A DNA stretch of 63,305 bases from Actinomycetes bacterium (GCA_021824095.1 JAKALQ010000003.1:1-63305); one strand, 5' to 3'; counted from the stretch's first letter, positions 29,675 to 40,100 are shown. Notes: generated by a model from the sequence alone, not told the origin. Translations and numbers: made by a program.

Positions 29675-31825
29675 ATGGCGACGACGACGATCGACCGCAC
29701 GGCGGCACCGCTCTGGCTCCGGCTCATCGCCCGCGGCCTTGAGACGGCTGCCGACGGCGAGCGAGCGGACTGGATCACCCGCCTGCTGTGCGACCCGCTC
29801 GGGTTCCCCGCCGCCTGGTACGGCACGGCCGACTTCCGCACCCGCACCATCCGCGTCGTCGTCGCAGCCGGCGGGCTCACGGGAGCCGTCGGCCAGCACT
29901 GGACGGTGCCCTCCTTCGCCCGCACCCCCGAGGGCACGGCCGCCATGACCGGCAACACGCAGGTGGGCGCACCCGACCCCACGGATCCCCTCCTCGAGCA
30001 CATGCTGCTGCCACGGGAGGTGCCCGACCTGCGCTCCCGCGTCACCGTGCCGGTGCGCACGGGCGAGGACGTTGCCGGCGTGCTGAGCGTCTATGGCAGC
30101 GACCTGGAGCAGAGCCCGTCCACGCTCGCCCTGCTCGCGCAGTTGGCACGCGACCTCGTGACCCCCGCGACCAGTGGTCAACCCGCAGGGTTCCTCACGA
30201 CCGTCGCCGACGCCCAGATCGCCCCCATCGTGGTGCTGCAGGCGGATGTGGACCCGGACGCTGCGCAGCAACAGGCTGTGCGCATCGTCGCCGTCAACGC
30301 CATCGCCGCCGCCGTCCTGAGCGGCGATCGGGCCGGCGCCCTCGGGCTGCGCAACACCTGCCTGCCCACCCGCTACGCCGCCGATGACGTGATGCGCGAC
30401 CTCATCACCCTGTGCCACGAGGGCCGCTCGCAGACGTGGACCGACCATGCGGTCGTCGACCACCTCACGGGTCGCGAGGAGCGCCTCGACATCACGGCAC
30501 TGGCCGCGGGCGGCGACATGCTCGTCGTCACCTTCCGCACCGTCACCGAGCGCTTCCTCGCCAGTCGACGGGCCCAGGACGCTGCTCGGCGCGACCACCT
30601 CACGAACCTGGGCTCACGCGCGGTGCTCCTCGAGCAGCTCGAGGACGTCATCGCCTCACCCCGCCACAGCGGCACCGGTGTTGCCGTGTGCGTCGTCGGC
30701 ATCGATGGGCTCAGCCGCATCAACGAGGCCCTCTCGCTTGCCGCCGGTGACGAGGTGCTGCGCATGCTCGGCGTGCGCCTCGTCGCCGAGGTGGAGGATG
30801 CCCGCCTGGTGGCACGCCTGTCGGGCGACGAGTTCGCCGTCGTGCTGCGCGAGGTGCCCGGACCCCAGGGCGCCCTCAGCGCCGCCGAGCACATGCGCGA
30901 CCACGTCACCTCCCCCATGCGCGTCCTCGGCCAGGACCTCGTGCCGAGCGTGTCCATCGGTGTTTCCTACACGGCGCAACCAGGCGACCCCGAGATGCTG
31001 CTGCACGACGCCGGCCTCGCGGTACGACGGGCCAAGGAGCGCGGACGTGGACGCATCGAGTCCGCCGATCCCCAGCTCGCGATCGACGCACTCGACCGCC
31101 ACCGCCTCGAGCAGGCCATGCGCCACGGCCTCGAGCGTGACGAGTTCCGCGCCTGGTTCCAACCCATCGTCGACCTGCGCAGCCGCCTCGTCCGGGGGCA
31201 CGAGGCGCTCGCCCGCTGGCAGTCGATGGAACACGCCGCCGCAGGGCCGGGGCGCTTCGTCCCGATCGCCGAGATGGCCGGGCTGGCGCCGCAGATCGAC
31301 CTGCGCATGCTCGAGCAGGCACTCGCGACCCTCGACCGGGTGCCGGAGGAGCAGTTCGTGTCGGTGAACGTCTCGGCACCGTCCCTGCACTCCGAGGAGT
31401 ACCTCACCGCCGCGGCGACCCTGCTCGCCCAGTCGGGCATCGACACCACCCGGGTGCACCTCGAGATCACCGAGACGGCCCTCGTCGCCGACACCACGGC
31501 AACCGTGGAGGCCATGGAGCACCTCGCGGCCTACGGGGCGCAGTGGTACCTCGATGACTTCGGCACGGGCTTCTCATCGCTCGCACACCTGCGCGACCTG
31601 CCGGTGCGCGGCCTGAAGCTCGACATGAGCTTCACGCAGGCGGTGCGAGACGGCGATCCCACCATGATCCGCCTCACGCAGGGGGTGGCTGGCCTCGCCC
31701 TCGGACTTGGTCTCGACACCATCGCCGAGGGCATCGACGCCGAGACGGTGGCCGCGACCCTCGCCGGCCAGGGCTGGGCCTACGGCCAGGGCTTCCTGTT
31801 CGGACGGGCCGCGCGCATCGGCTGA
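29675..31825 (+). CDS. Sensor protein with GAF/PAS-like N-terminus, a degenerate GGDEF (SGDEF) domain and an intact-looking EAL domain
   Basis: It shows [11 protein letters not shown] and the EAL-domain motifs [32 protein letters not shown] and GQGFLFGR. Confidence 0.9.
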   Translation: MATTTIDRTAAPLWLRLIARGLETAADGERADWITRLLCDPLGFPAAWYGTADFRTRTIRVVVAAGGLTGAVGQHWTVPSFARTPEGTAAMTGNTQVGAPDPTDPLLEHMLLPREVPDLRSRVTVPVRTGEDVAGVLSVYGSDLEQSPSTLALLAQLARDLVTPATSGQPAGFLTTVADAQIAPIVVLQADVDPDAAQQQAVRIVAVNAIAAAVLSGDRAGALGLRNTCLPTRYAADDVMRDLITLCHEGRSQTWTDHAVVDHLTGREERLDITALAAGGDMLVVTFRTVTERFLASRRAQDAARRDHLTNLGSRAVLLEQLEDVIASPRHSGTGVAVCVVGIDGLSRINEALSLAAGDEVLRMLGVRLVAEVEDARLVARLSGDEFAVVLREVPGPQGALSAAEHMRDHVTSPMRVLGQDLVPSVSIGVSYTAQPGDPEMLLHDAGLAVRRAKERGRGRIESADPQLAIDALDRHRLEQAMRHGLERDEFRAWFQPIVDLRSRLVRGHEALARWQSMEHAAAGPGRFVPIAEMAGLAPQIDLRMLEQALATLDRVPEEQFVSVNVSAPSLHSEEYLTAAATLLAQSGIDTTRVHLEITETALVADTTATVEAMEHLAAYGAQWYLDDFGTGFSSLAHLRDLPVRGLKLDMSFTQAVRDGDPTMIRLTQGVAGLALGLGLDTIAEGIDAETVAATLAGQGWAYGQGFLFGRAARIG

Positions 31826-31952
31826 GGCCGAGGGCCCCGCACGAGGGCACGCGAACCAGGCCCCACGATTAGGCAGCCCCTGCGGGTTCGGGGTATCCTC
31901 TGCCGGTCATCCGCCCGGTTGGGTGCATGGCACCCCGAACCAGGAGAAGCAC

Positions 31953-32213
31953 GTGGCGAACATCAAGTCCCAGATCAAGCGCAATCGCACGAACGAGGCT
32001 GCGCGCCTGCGGAACAAGTCCGTGAAGTCCGCGCTCAAGACCGCCGTGCGCCAGGCCCGTGAGGCCGTTGCGTCGGGCGATGCGGCGGCGGCACAGGCTG
32101 CGACCGCCAAGGCCTCGCGCCTGCTCGACAAGGCCGTGAGCAAGGGCGTCATCCACGCCAACCAGGCCGCCAACCGCAAGTCGGCCATCGCGAAGCAGGC
32201 CGCCTCGCTCTGA
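31953..32213 (+). CDS. rpsT: 30S ribosomal protein S20
   Basis: It starts [23 protein letters not shown] from a GTG start with AGGAGA 5 nt upstream. Confidence 0.95.
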   Translation: MANIKSQIKRNRTNEAARLRNKSVKSALKTAVRQAREAVASGDAAAAQAATAKASRLLDKAVSKGVIHANQAANRKSAIAKQAASL

Positions 32214-32230
32214 CGGCACTCCAGACAGGC

Positions 32231-32264
32231 AAATGGGCCGGCCCCCTCGGGGGCCGGCCCATTT
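32231..32264. terminator. Bidirectional intrinsic terminator between rpsT and the DUF3040 gene
   Basis: It has a perfect 15-bp stem: AAATGGGCCGGCCCC-ctcg-GGGGCCGGCCCATTT. Confidence 0.8.
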
Positions 32265-32306
32265 GACGTCTGCAGGTCGCGGTGGACGGTCGCGTGCGTG
32301 AGGGCG

Positions 32307-32663
32307 TCAGCCGTCGGCACCGTCGCGCCGGTTGCGGAAGCGCTCCTCGGCGTCATGGAGGAAACCACCGCGCGGGGCACGCAGCCCGCGCCCCTCACGC
32401 GCCACCCCGCGGATGGCGGTGTAGGTGCCGGTGAGCAGGCCGACGAAGCCGAGCACGCTCACGAGCGGGATGTTGGCGACGAGGCCACCGATCATGGCGA
32501 TCACACCAACCGCGGCGATGAGCACCCCGAGGCCGGCACCACGACGGGCGCGGCTCGATGGACCAGGGGTGTCACGGATGGTGGCAGCGAAGCCCGGATC
32601 CTCCGCATAGAGGGCGCGCTCCATCTGCTCGAGCATCCGCTGTTCGTGTTCCGACAGGGGCAT
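32307..32663 (-). CDS. DUF3040-family small membrane protein
   Basis: It starts MPLSEHEQRMLEQMERALYAEDPGFA followed by two TM helices. GGAGG lies upstream of the ATG at 32663. Confidence 0.7.
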   Translation of the reverse strand: MPLSEHEQRMLEQMERALYAEDPGFAATIRDTPGPSSRARRGAGLGVLIAAVGVIAMIGGLVANIPLVSVLGFVGLLTGTYTAIRGVAREGRGLRAPRGGFLHDAEERFRNRRDGADG

Positions 32664-32730
32664 GGGGCACCTCCGACAACCACAACGATATGCGGTCGGT
32701 GTGACATTCCGAAACCGCTGTACCGAGTCG

Positions 32731-33957
32731 TTACGAATGCCGATCATCCCGACCGATGAGCCGAGCCGGTCGCACCGCATCCGAGCCGAAGCGGGCGGCC
32801 GCACGATCCCGAGCCCGGTCGGCGTCGCGCCAGCCATGGGCGGGGGTGTCGAAGGCCAGCTGCTCACTGCGCTCCCCCGCATCGAGCAGGCCCTCGGCAC
32901 GCACCCCGACCAGGCGCACCCGTGCCCGCTGCAGGTGCAGGGCGTCGAACAGCGCCACCGCGGTGGCGTAGACGTCGCGGGAGGTGTCGGTGGGATCGGT
33001 GATGGTGTGTGAGCGGGTGATCGTCGAGAAGTCGGCGAAGCGCACCTTGAGCACGATGGTGCGGGCCACAACACCGTGCGCCCGCAGGCGTCGTGCCACC
33101 TGCTCGGACAGCCGCAGCAGCTCACGCCGGATCTCGTCGGGGTCGTCGATGTCGCGCGCGAAGGTCTGCTCGTTGCCGATGCTGCGCTCGGGTCCGTCCA
33201 CGGTGACCGTGCGCTCGTCCCGACCCCACGCCAGTTCGGACAGGTGCCGCCCCGTGGCGCGGCCGAGCGCGCGCTCGAGGGTGGCAAGCGGGATGTGGGC
33301 GAGGTCGCCGACGGTGCGCAGGCCCAGCCGCTGCAGCTGCTCCTCGGTGCGCGGGCCGACGCCCCACAGTGCGCCCACCGGCATCGGATGCAGGAACTCG
33401 ACGACACGGTCGGTGGGCACGACGAGCAGGCCGTCGGGCTTGCAGGTGGCGGAGGCCACCTTGGCCACGAACTTGCTCGGTGCCACCCCCACCGAGCAGG
33501 TGATGCGCTGCTCGGCCGCGACACGGGCCCGGATCAGGGCCGCGATCTCCCGCGGACGCCCGAGGCGGCGCATGGCGCCAGCGACGTCGAGGAAGGCCTC
33601 GTCGAGGCTCAGCGGCTCAACCGCCGGGGTGATGTCGCGGAAGATGGCCATGACCCCCTCCGACACCTCGGCGTAGCGATGGTGGGAGGGGTGGATGAAC
33701 ACCGCCTGCGGGCACAGGCGCCGGGCCCGCGCCACCGGCATGGCGGCGTGCACCCCGAAGGCGCGCGCCTCGTAGGTGGCCGAGAGGACGACCCCGCGAC
33801 CCTCGGTGCCGCCGATGATGACCGGCCGCCCCCGGAGCTCGGGGCGGTCGATGAGCTCGACCGACGCGTAGAAGGCGTCCATGTCGACGTGGAGGATCGT
33901 GCACCCGGTGTCATCGTCGCCGAGGTGCACCATCGCGCCACGCGGTGCCCTGCTCAT
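32731..33957 (-). CDS. dinB: DNA polymerase IV (Y-family, catalytic residues present)
   Basis: It shows ILHVDMDAFYASVE, SLDEAFLDV and SVGVAPSKFVAKVAS. It lies 67 nt downstream of dnaE2. Confidence 0.9.
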   Translation of the reverse strand: MSRAPRGAMVHLGDDDTGCTILHVDMDAFYASVELIDRPELRGRPVIIGGTEGRGVVLSATYEARAFGVHAAMPVARARRLCPQAVFIHPSHHRYAEVSEGVMAIFRDITPAVEPLSLDEAFLDVAGAMRRLGRPREIAALIRARVAAEQRITCSVGVAPSKFVAKVASATCKPDGLLVVPTDRVVEFLHPMPVGALWGVGPRTEEQLQRLGLRTVGDLAHIPLATLERALGRATGRHLSELAWGRDERTVTVDGPERSIGNEQTFARDIDDPDEIRRELLRLSEQVARRLRAHGVVARTIVLKVRFADFSTITRSHTITDPTDTSRDVYATAVALFDALHLQRARVRLVGVRAEGLLDAGERSEQLAFDTPAHGWRDADRARDRAAARFGSDAVRPARLIGRDDRHS

Positions 33958-34024
33958 GCGCCCATCCTTGCGCGGGTCGGGTGTCGACGCGCGGCCCGCA
34001 ACCTCGACGCGCCCCGGCGTGCGC

Positions 34025-37000
34025 TCACCATCCGCTCGACCCCGGGCTCGCGTGCCACAGCCGGCTCGGGGCGCCGGCCGCCACGTCGTCACCGGCGGGC
34101 TTGAGATCGGCCCACGGCGACTGCCGGAAGCCGCTCGGGTGCACGAGCACCCGCTGCGTGCCACGCTGCCCCATGCCGCCGGCGCGCACCATGACCGGCC
34201 GGCTCGCCCGGGAGGCGGCCGCCCCCTGCACGGCGGCATCGTCGTCCTCGTCGATGGGCACCTCGTCGAGCAGCTGCCACACCCCCTCGACGCCGTCCGC
34301 AAGCCAGCGGCGGCGCACCTCGGCGAGGTCCCAGCAGCCGCTCGCCGTGATCGACACCCCGCGTGGCCCGGCCCGCCGCACGGTGCCGCGGACGAGGAGC
34401 AGCCAGGCGTGGAAGAGGGTGCCGGCATAGGGGCCCTGGGCGTCCTCGAAGAAGGCCGCGTCGACCGGGCCGGTGGCATCGTCGAGGGTGAGGAACACGA
34501 CGCGGCGCCCGCTGCGCACGGGCGGTGTCTGCGTGGCCACCTTGACCCCCGCGATGAGCACCTCCTGCCGTGATCGGGTGCCGGGGAGGTCGCGGGAACG
34601 GGTGACGCCGAGGGCGTCGAGGAGCGGGGTGTAGAAGTCGACGACGTGCCGGGTGACGTCGAGCCCGAGCACCTCGAGCTCGGCCCGCACCCGCTCACCG
34701 GCGTCCATGTCGGGCAGGCCCGTGCGCAGCGGCACGTCGGCCGGGCCGCAGTCGAGGGCGAGCTGGCCCGCGGGCAGCCGACGCCCGGCCCAGCGGTCGA
34801 GGTCGGCGACGTGGAGCAGCAGGTCGCGGCGGTTCACCCCGCGGCGCCGAGGACGTGGCGGGATGCCATGCACGGCGTCGAACGCACCAGCGAGCACGAG
34901 GTGCTCGACGACGGGGCGCGGGGTGCGGGTGCGGGTCCAGAAGTCGCCGAGCCCGGTGAAGGGCTGCCCGGCGATGATCTCCTCAACGCTGGCATCGTCG
35001 ATGCCCTTCACCTGCGACAGCGGGATGCGGATGCCGGGCACGCCCTCGGTGTCGGGTTCGACGACGTAGGCGGCCCGGCTGTGGTTCACGTCGAGCCCGA
35101 GGATGGGCACGCCGAAGTTGCGGGCGTCGTCGAGGATGAGGCGCCGGGGGTACATGCCGGGGTCGTGGGTGAGGATGCCGGCGAAGAAGGCCGCCGGGTG
35201 GTGCGCCTTGAGCCAGGCTGACTGGTAGGTGGGCACCGCGAAGGCGGCGGCGTGGGCCTTGCAGAAGCCGAAGGAGGCGAAGGAGCGCAGCACCTCCCAC
35301 ACCCGTTCGACCGTCTCGAGCTCGTAGCCCCGGCCGAGGGCGGCGGGGTAGAACCACGAGCGCACGCGCCGCTGACCGTCGTCGGAGCCGAGCTCGCGCC
35401 GCAGCTCGTCGGCCTCGGCGAGGCTGACGCCGCCGAGCGTGGCGATCATGCGGATGACCTGCTCGTGGAAGACGACGACACCCCACGTCTCGGCCAGCGC
35501 CGGCCGCAGGTCGGGGTGCGGGTAGACGGGCATGGACCAGCCCTGCCGGGCGCGCAGGAACGGCACGATCATGTCCGACTTCACCGGCCCGGGCCGGAAC
35601 AGCGAGATGTCGATGATGAGATCGTGGAAGGTCTCGGGGGCGAAGCGACCGACGAGCTCGCGCTGGCCCGGTGACTCGATCTGGAAGCAGCCGAGGGTGC
35701 GGGTGCTCTGGATGAGCGCGAAGGTGGCGGGGTCGTCGACCGGGACGGCGTCGAGGTCGATGCGCTCCCCCGTCGTGCGCTCGACCTCGTCGATGGCGTG
35801 CGCCATGGCCGACTGCATGCGGATGCCGAGCACGTCGAGCTTCAGCAGCCCCATGGTCTCGACGTCGTCCTTGTCGAACTGGCTCATGGGGAAGGCGCCG
35901 GCGCTCATCTGGATGGGGGTGCGATCGCGCAGGGTGGTGTCGGAGAGCAGCACGCCGCACGGGTGCAGCGCGATGTGCCGCGGGAGCCGGTCGACGCCCT
36001 CGACGAGGGTGAGCAACTCGTCGAGGGTGCCGGCGGCGGCCATGCGGCCGATGCCGGTGCGACGCAGCTCGGGCAGTTCGCGCAGGGCGTCGCGGGCGCT
36101 GCTGGCGCGGATGTGCGGGAAGGCCTTCGCGAGCACGTCGATCTCGCCGCGCGGCAGGCCGAGGGCCGCGCCGACATCGCGGATGGCGTGGCGCACCCGG
36201 TAGGTCTCCATCATGGAGACGCTGGCGACGCGGGCGGCGCCGAAGCGTGCGAACACGAGGTCGTAGGCCTCGAGGCGACGGGCGGACTCGACGTCGATGT
36301 CGATGTCGGGCAGCGCGCGGCGCAGCGGGGTGAGGAAGCGCTCCATGAGCAGGTCGTGCTCGAGGGGGTTCATGAGCGCGATGTCGAGCAGGTGGTTCAC
36401 GAGGGAGCCGGCGCCCGAGCCACGGGCGGCGACGCGGATGCCCGCGGCCCGGATGTCGCGCACGACCGTGCCGACGGTGAGGAAGTAGGTGGCGAAGCCG
36501 AGGCGCGCGATGGTGTCGAGCTCGGCCTCGAGCCGGTCGCGCACCACGGGGTCGGCGGGCGAGAAGCCCTTGCGCAGCAGGGCTTCCTCGCAACGGCCGC
36601 GCAGCACCGTGTCGGCCGTGGCCGCCTCGCGCGCCAGCTCGGCCGGGGTGCGATGGGCGGCGACGGGGCGATGCCAGGCGGTGTCGAGGTCGGCGGCCGA
36701 CACCCGGCCCATGACGACGTCGAGCTCCGGCAGGTGCACCTCGCCGATGCCGGCGTGCGCGACCGGGTCGAGGACGCAGCGGGCGGCGAGCGCGTTGGTG
36801 GTGTCGATGAGGTGGCGGGCAGCACTGTCGCTCGCGAAGCCGTGCATGTCGCCACCGGCAGCGTCGGCGATCTCGGTGGCGATCTGCCACATGGCGGCGT
36901 CGTCCTTGCACCAGCCCTCCGCGTTGGAGCGGTCGAGGTGGCGGGCGTCGAGCGGCACCAGTCGTCGCACCGCGTCGAGCACGTCGACCACGCGCGCGCC

Positions 37001-37711
37001 CGCCGGGTCCACGTGGCGCACGGCGTTCGTGAGGACGGCGGGCACGCGCTCGTCGACGGCGAAGCGCCACATGCGCGCGGCAAGGGCAGTGGAATGGGCC
37101 CGCCCGCGGACGGGGCTGCCGTCGATGTCGGAGGCCGCCGCCCGCGGGTCGCGGCTGCGATGGCTCACGAGCTCGACGACGACCTCGCAGCCGGTGGCCC
37201 GCCAGGCCGCGAGCAGGGCGCTCGCGACCGCGGGGCGGCGGGCGGCGACGGCGGCACCGACGTCGGACTGGGGGCCGAGGAGCAGGGTGATGCCACCGTC
37301 GCGTACGAGCGACTGCACGCGGGCGAAGGCCTCGCGCGGCAGCCCCCGCTCGGGGCCGAACTCGTGCAGCGCGGTGGTGAGGCGAGCCAGGGCCGTCCAG
37401 CCGCCACGACCGCGGGCGAGGGCGACGACCCGGGGCAGGCCGGGATCGCGTGCCACGCCGCCGCGGGCGGGCGTGGGTGGCGTTGCCATGGGCCCGTCGA
37501 TGGCAAGGGGCAGGTCGACGCCGACGATGGCACCGATACCGGCCTCGCGGGCGGCGAGGAGGAAGCGCACCGCACCGGCCATGGAGTCGCGGTCGGTGAG
37601 GGCGACGGCGGGCTGCCCGTGGGCGACGGCGGCGTCGACGATGGCCTGCGGGGTGTCGCTGCCGTAGCGCAACGAGAACCCGGAGGCGACATGGAGGTGC
37701 ACGAAGGACAC
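34025..37711 (-). CDS. dnaE2: Error-prone DNA polymerase III alpha-type subunit
   Basis: It starts VSFVHLHVASGFSLRYG (PHP domain) and continues with the polymerase core (DIDIDVES, FQIESPGQ). The start is GTG 37711, 13 nt after the upstream stop. Confidence 0.9.
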   Translation of the reverse strand: MSFVHLHVASGFSLRYGSDTPQAIVDAAVAHGQPAVALTDRDSMAGAVRFLLAAREAGIGAIVGVDLPLAIDGPMATPPTPARGGVARDPGLPRVVALARGRGGWTALARLTTALHEFGPERGLPREAFARVQSLVRDGGITLLLGPQSDVGAAVAARRPAVASALLAAWRATGCEVVVELVSHRSRDPRAAASDIDGSPVRGRAHSTALAARMWRFAVDERVPAVLTNAVRHVDPAGARVVDVLDAVRRLVPLDARHLDRSNAEGWCKDDAAMWQIATEIADAAGGDMHGFASDSAARHLIDTTNALAARCVLDPVAHAGIGEVHLPELDVVMGRVSAADLDTAWHRPVAAHRTPAELAREAATADTVLRGRCEEALLRKGFSPADPVVRDRLEAELDTIARLGFATYFLTVGTVVRDIRAAGIRVAARGSGAGSLVNHLLDIALMNPLEHDLLMERFLTPLRRALPDIDIDVESARRLEAYDLVFARFGAARVASVSMMETYRVRHAIRDVGAALGLPRGEIDVLAKAFPHIRASSARDALRELPELRRTGIGRMAAAGTLDELLTLVEGVDRLPRHIALHPCGVLLSDTTLRDRTPIQMSAGAFPMSQFDKDDVETMGLLKLDVLGIRMQSAMAHAIDEVERTTGERIDLDAVPVDDPATFALIQSTRTLGCFQIESPGQRELVGRFAPETFHDLIIDISLFRPGPVKSDMIVPFLRARQGWSMPVYPHPDLRPALAETWGVVVFHEQVIRMIATLGGVSLAEADELRRELGSDDGQRRVRSWFYPAALGRGYELETVERVWEVLRSFASFGFCKAHAAAFAVPTYQSAWLKAHHPAAFFAGILTHDPGMYPRRLILDDARNFGVPILGLDVNHSRAAYVVEPDTEGVPGIRIPLSQVKGIDDASVEEIIAGQPFTGLGDFWTRTRTPRPVVEHLVLAGAFDAVHGIPPRPRRRGVNRRDLLLHVADLDRWAGRRLPAGQLALDCGPADVPLRTGLPDMDAGERVRAELEVLGLDVTRHVVDFYTPLLDALGVTRSRDLPGTRSRQEVLIAGVKVATQTPPVRSGRRVVFLTLDDATGPVDAAFFEDAQGPYAGTLFHAWLLLVRGTVRRAGPRGVSITASGCWDLAEVRRRWLADGVEGVWQLLDEVPIDEDDDAAVQGAAASRASRPVMVRAGGMGQRGTQRVLVHPSGFRQSPWADLKPAGDDVAAGAPSRLWHASPGSSGW

Positions 37712-37724
37712 GGGACGTGCCCCC

Positions 37725-38018
37725 TCAGTCGGCGAGGCGGACGAGGGACCAGGTGTCGGTGCCGTCCTCGTGGGCGAGGTCGACGACCATGGCGCCGCGG
37801 CTGCCGCGGGCCTCGACCCGCCACACCGTGCACGACAGCGGCGCCGGCTGCGCCGCAGCGGTGCCCACCCGTCGCGCCACCGCCTGCCACCAGTCGCCGG
37901 ACTCGACCCAGTGGCTGAGCACGCGCTCGACGAGGTAGGAGCGATCACGCCAGCGGAGGCGGGTGGGGACCCCGTCGACGGCGACGACGGTGAGTGCACC
38001 GGGAGGACGCTTCGTCAT
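37725..38018 (-). CDS. Small protein preceding dnaE2 (DUF6504-like, tentative)
   Basis: It starts MTKRPPGALTVVAVDGVPTRLRWRDRSYLVERVLSHW. ATG 38018 is preferred because the upstream ATG at 38099 overlaps the LexA box. Confidence 0.5.
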   Translation of the reverse strand: MTKRPPGALTVVAVDGVPTRLRWRDRSYLVERVLSHWVESGDWWQAVARRVGTAAAQPAPLSCTVWRVEARGSRGAMVVDLAHEDGTDTWSLVRLAD

Positions 38019-38099
38019 CGTGCACCACCCTCGCGCCGTCGACCGGGTGACGGGACACCCCACCCGTGGACCGGGGCTGTCGGGGGGTGGCACCGTCAT

Positions 38100-38115
38100 T
38101 CGAACATCTGTTCGA
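38100..38115 (-). promoter_or_regulatory. LexA (SOS) box TCGAAC-ATCT-GTTCGA
   Basis: It is a perfect match to the actinobacterial consensus TCGAAC-N4-GTTCGA. The palindrome extends to 11-bp arms (38095-38120). It lies 82 nt upstream of the small ORF/dnaE2 cassette. Confidence 0.85.
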
Positions 38116-38150
38116 ATGACGCCTAGTGAATCGGGTGTCGCCCCCGGCTG

Positions 38151-39974
38151 TCAACCGCGACCACAGTGCAGCAGGCCGGCGACCGGGGCGTCCTGCACGG
38201 GCGCACAGTGGGTGCGCAACCAGGTGCGGATGACACGGTCGCGGGGGCCGATCTGCGTGCCCACCGCGCCGGGCCCGGCGAGCACGTAGCGCAGGTCACC
38301 GCTCGCCACCCAGGCCTGGACGCGAGCGAGCGTCGGCACGGGGTCGGTGCCGTCGAATCCACCGATCGGCAGCACCGCCGCCCCCGTCGTCGTGATGAAC
38401 GGGGAGGCGGTGATGCCGTCGAGCGTGGCGAGCCGGAAGCGCGCCCCGACCGTCCGCGGGCGCAACCAGCGCACGAGCTGGCGGGCCTCGGCACCGGTGA
38501 CGATGACGTCACCGGTCGACCCGTGCTTGCGGGTTGGCGAGCCACCGTCGTTGGGGCCGGCAACCGGGTTCATGGCGTTCGGGTGGTGCATGGCGTCCGC
38601 GGCCCACGCGGCCGGCGTGAGCAGGAGGGCGACGACGAGCAGCGCCGGCAGGGCACGTCGACCTGCACGGCCGAGGAGCAGGCCCGCGACGAGGGCAGCG
38701 AGTGCCAGTTGCACCCACGGCACCCACGGCAGGTACCCGGGCATGCGGGCCGCGAGCAGCAGCGCCGTGGCCGCGGTGACAGCGAGGAGGCCGATGAGCA
38801 ATGGGGTGCCGGTCCGGCGGGGCCGACGTCGGGCGAGGTCGATGCCGGCAGCGACGAGCGCCCCCATGGCGGGCGCGAGGGCGGCCGCGTAGAACTGGTG
38901 CACCCCGGCGGACAGCGAGTCGATGGCGACGAAGGTGGCGAACCAGCCGAGCGTGAGGATCGCCGGCCCCTGCGCGTGACGGGGCATGCGTCGCAGGCCG
39001 AGGAGCACGAGCACGGCGCCGATCATGGCCGCCGGCAGCAGCCATGCCACCTGGCCGCCCATCTGGGCGTTGAACAGCCGACCCCATCCCACGGGACCGC
39101 CGAAGGGCGGCACGAAGCCACGGAAGGCCGCCCCGGGCACGGTGGTGGCGCCATGCCCGAAGCGCCCGAAGCCGTTGTAGCCGAACACCATCTCGATGGC
39201 GCTGTTGTGGTCGGTGCCGCCGACCCAGGGACGCGCACCCGCGGGGGTGAGGGTGACGAGGGCGATCCACCAGAGGGAGGCAAGCCCGCTCAGGACACCC
39301 GCCGCGAGCAGGTCGAGCACGCGTCGACGCCGTGGCAGCGGCGCCGCCACCAGCCACGCGACGATGACGGCTGGCCAGATGGCCCAGGCCGCGAGCATGT
39401 AGGACTGGAAGGCCGCGGCGATCCAGAGCCCGGCGATGATGAGCGTGCGTCGCGACCCCTGCTGGACGGCCACGACGGCCCGGTCGACGGCGATCGCGAG
39501 CAGGCAGACGAAGACGACGTGTGGCTGGTTGGACCGCGCCACGGCGGCGACGATGGGGGTGAGGGCGAAGACGGCACCTGCGGTGAGGCCCGCGGCATCC
39601 CCGAGCCAACGGCGGGTCGTGATGGCCACCGTGGCCGTGGTGATCACGGTGGCGATGCCACTCGGGAGCAGCACCGCCCAGGTGTGCATGCCGAACAGTC
39701 GCACCGACAGGGCCATCCACCAGAAGGAGCCGGGCACCTTGTCGATGCTCACGACGCCCGTCGGGTCCATGGCGCCGTAGAGGAGGTTGTGCCACGACAT
39801 CGACATGCTGCGGGCCACCGCCGCGTAGTACTCGGAGCGCACGCCGTCGGCGATGCCCCAGAGCGACAGCCACGCGGAGCCGAGCGCGACGAGCGCGAGC
39901 CCCATCCACCAGCGCCTGCTCGGCGCGCTCCCCCGGCGCGCGGTGGAGCGACCGCGTGACGTCCGGGCACCCAT
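38151..39974 (-). CDS. ArnT/PMT-like family 39 glycosyltransferase
   Basis: It is polytopic and shows YYAAVARSMSMSWHNLLYGAMDPTGVVSIDKVPGSFWW, typical of GT39 proteins. The start is uncertain (39974 or 39998). Confidence 0.8.
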   Translation of the reverse strand: MGARTSRGRSTARRGSAPSRRWWMGLALVALGSAWLSLWGIADGVRSEYYAAVARSMSMSWHNLLYGAMDPTGVVSIDKVPGSFWWMALSVRLFGMHTWAVLLPSGIATVITTATVAITTRRWLGDAAGLTAGAVFALTPIVAAVARSNQPHVVFVCLLAIAVDRAVVAVQQGSRRTLIIAGLWIAAAFQSYMLAAWAIWPAVIVAWLVAAPLPRRRRVLDLLAAGVLSGLASLWWIALVTLTPAGARPWVGGTDHNSAIEMVFGYNGFGRFGHGATTVPGAAFRGFVPPFGGPVGWGRLFNAQMGGQVAWLLPAAMIGAVLVLLGLRRMPRHAQGPAILTLGWFATFVAIDSLSAGVHQFYAAALAPAMGALVAAGIDLARRRPRRTGTPLLIGLLAVTAATALLLAARMPGYLPWVPWVQLALAALVAGLLLGRAGRRALPALLVVALLLTPAAWAADAMHHPNAMNPVAGPNDGGSPTRKHGSTGDVIVTGAEARQLVRWLRPRTVGARFRLATLDGITASPFITTTGAAVLPIGGFDGTDPVPTLARVQAWVASGDLRYVLAGPGAVGTQIGPRDRVIRTWLRTHCAPVQDAPVAGLLHCGRG

Positions 39975-40100
39975 GGCGCGGAGGCTACTTGGCGGCACGG
40001 CAGCGGATGGCCCGGTTGGCGTCAGGCGGGCGTCAGGGATCGTGTGGGATGGCGTGGGATGGCGTGGCCGACGAACGGGGCCTGGCCGGCGGGGGCGGGC

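Noticed and set aside
31885-31941. Long-range pairing GGTTCGGGGT / ACCCCGAACC upstream of rpsT as an S20 autoregulatory leader.
   Set aside because: A good -10 candidate (TATCCT, 31894-31899) overlaps the 5' arm, so that arm would probably not be transcribed. I cannot support an RNA structure without TSS data.
32731-33957. The Y-family polymerase gene downstream of dnaE2 as ImuB.
   Set aside because: ImuB proteins lack the catalytic acidic residues. This protein retains DMDAFYASVE and SLDEAFLDV, so it is better called DinB/Pol IV.
38097-38099. The ATG at 38099 as the start of the small ORF preceding dnaE2.
   Set aside because: This codon lies inside the extended LexA palindrome, so it would be at or upstream of the promoter. 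The in-frame ATG at 38018 is more plausible.
40036-40070. A short tandem GTGGGATGGC x2 upstream of the GT39 gene.
   Set aside because: There are only two 10-nt units with no further structure, so it is likely slippage noise.
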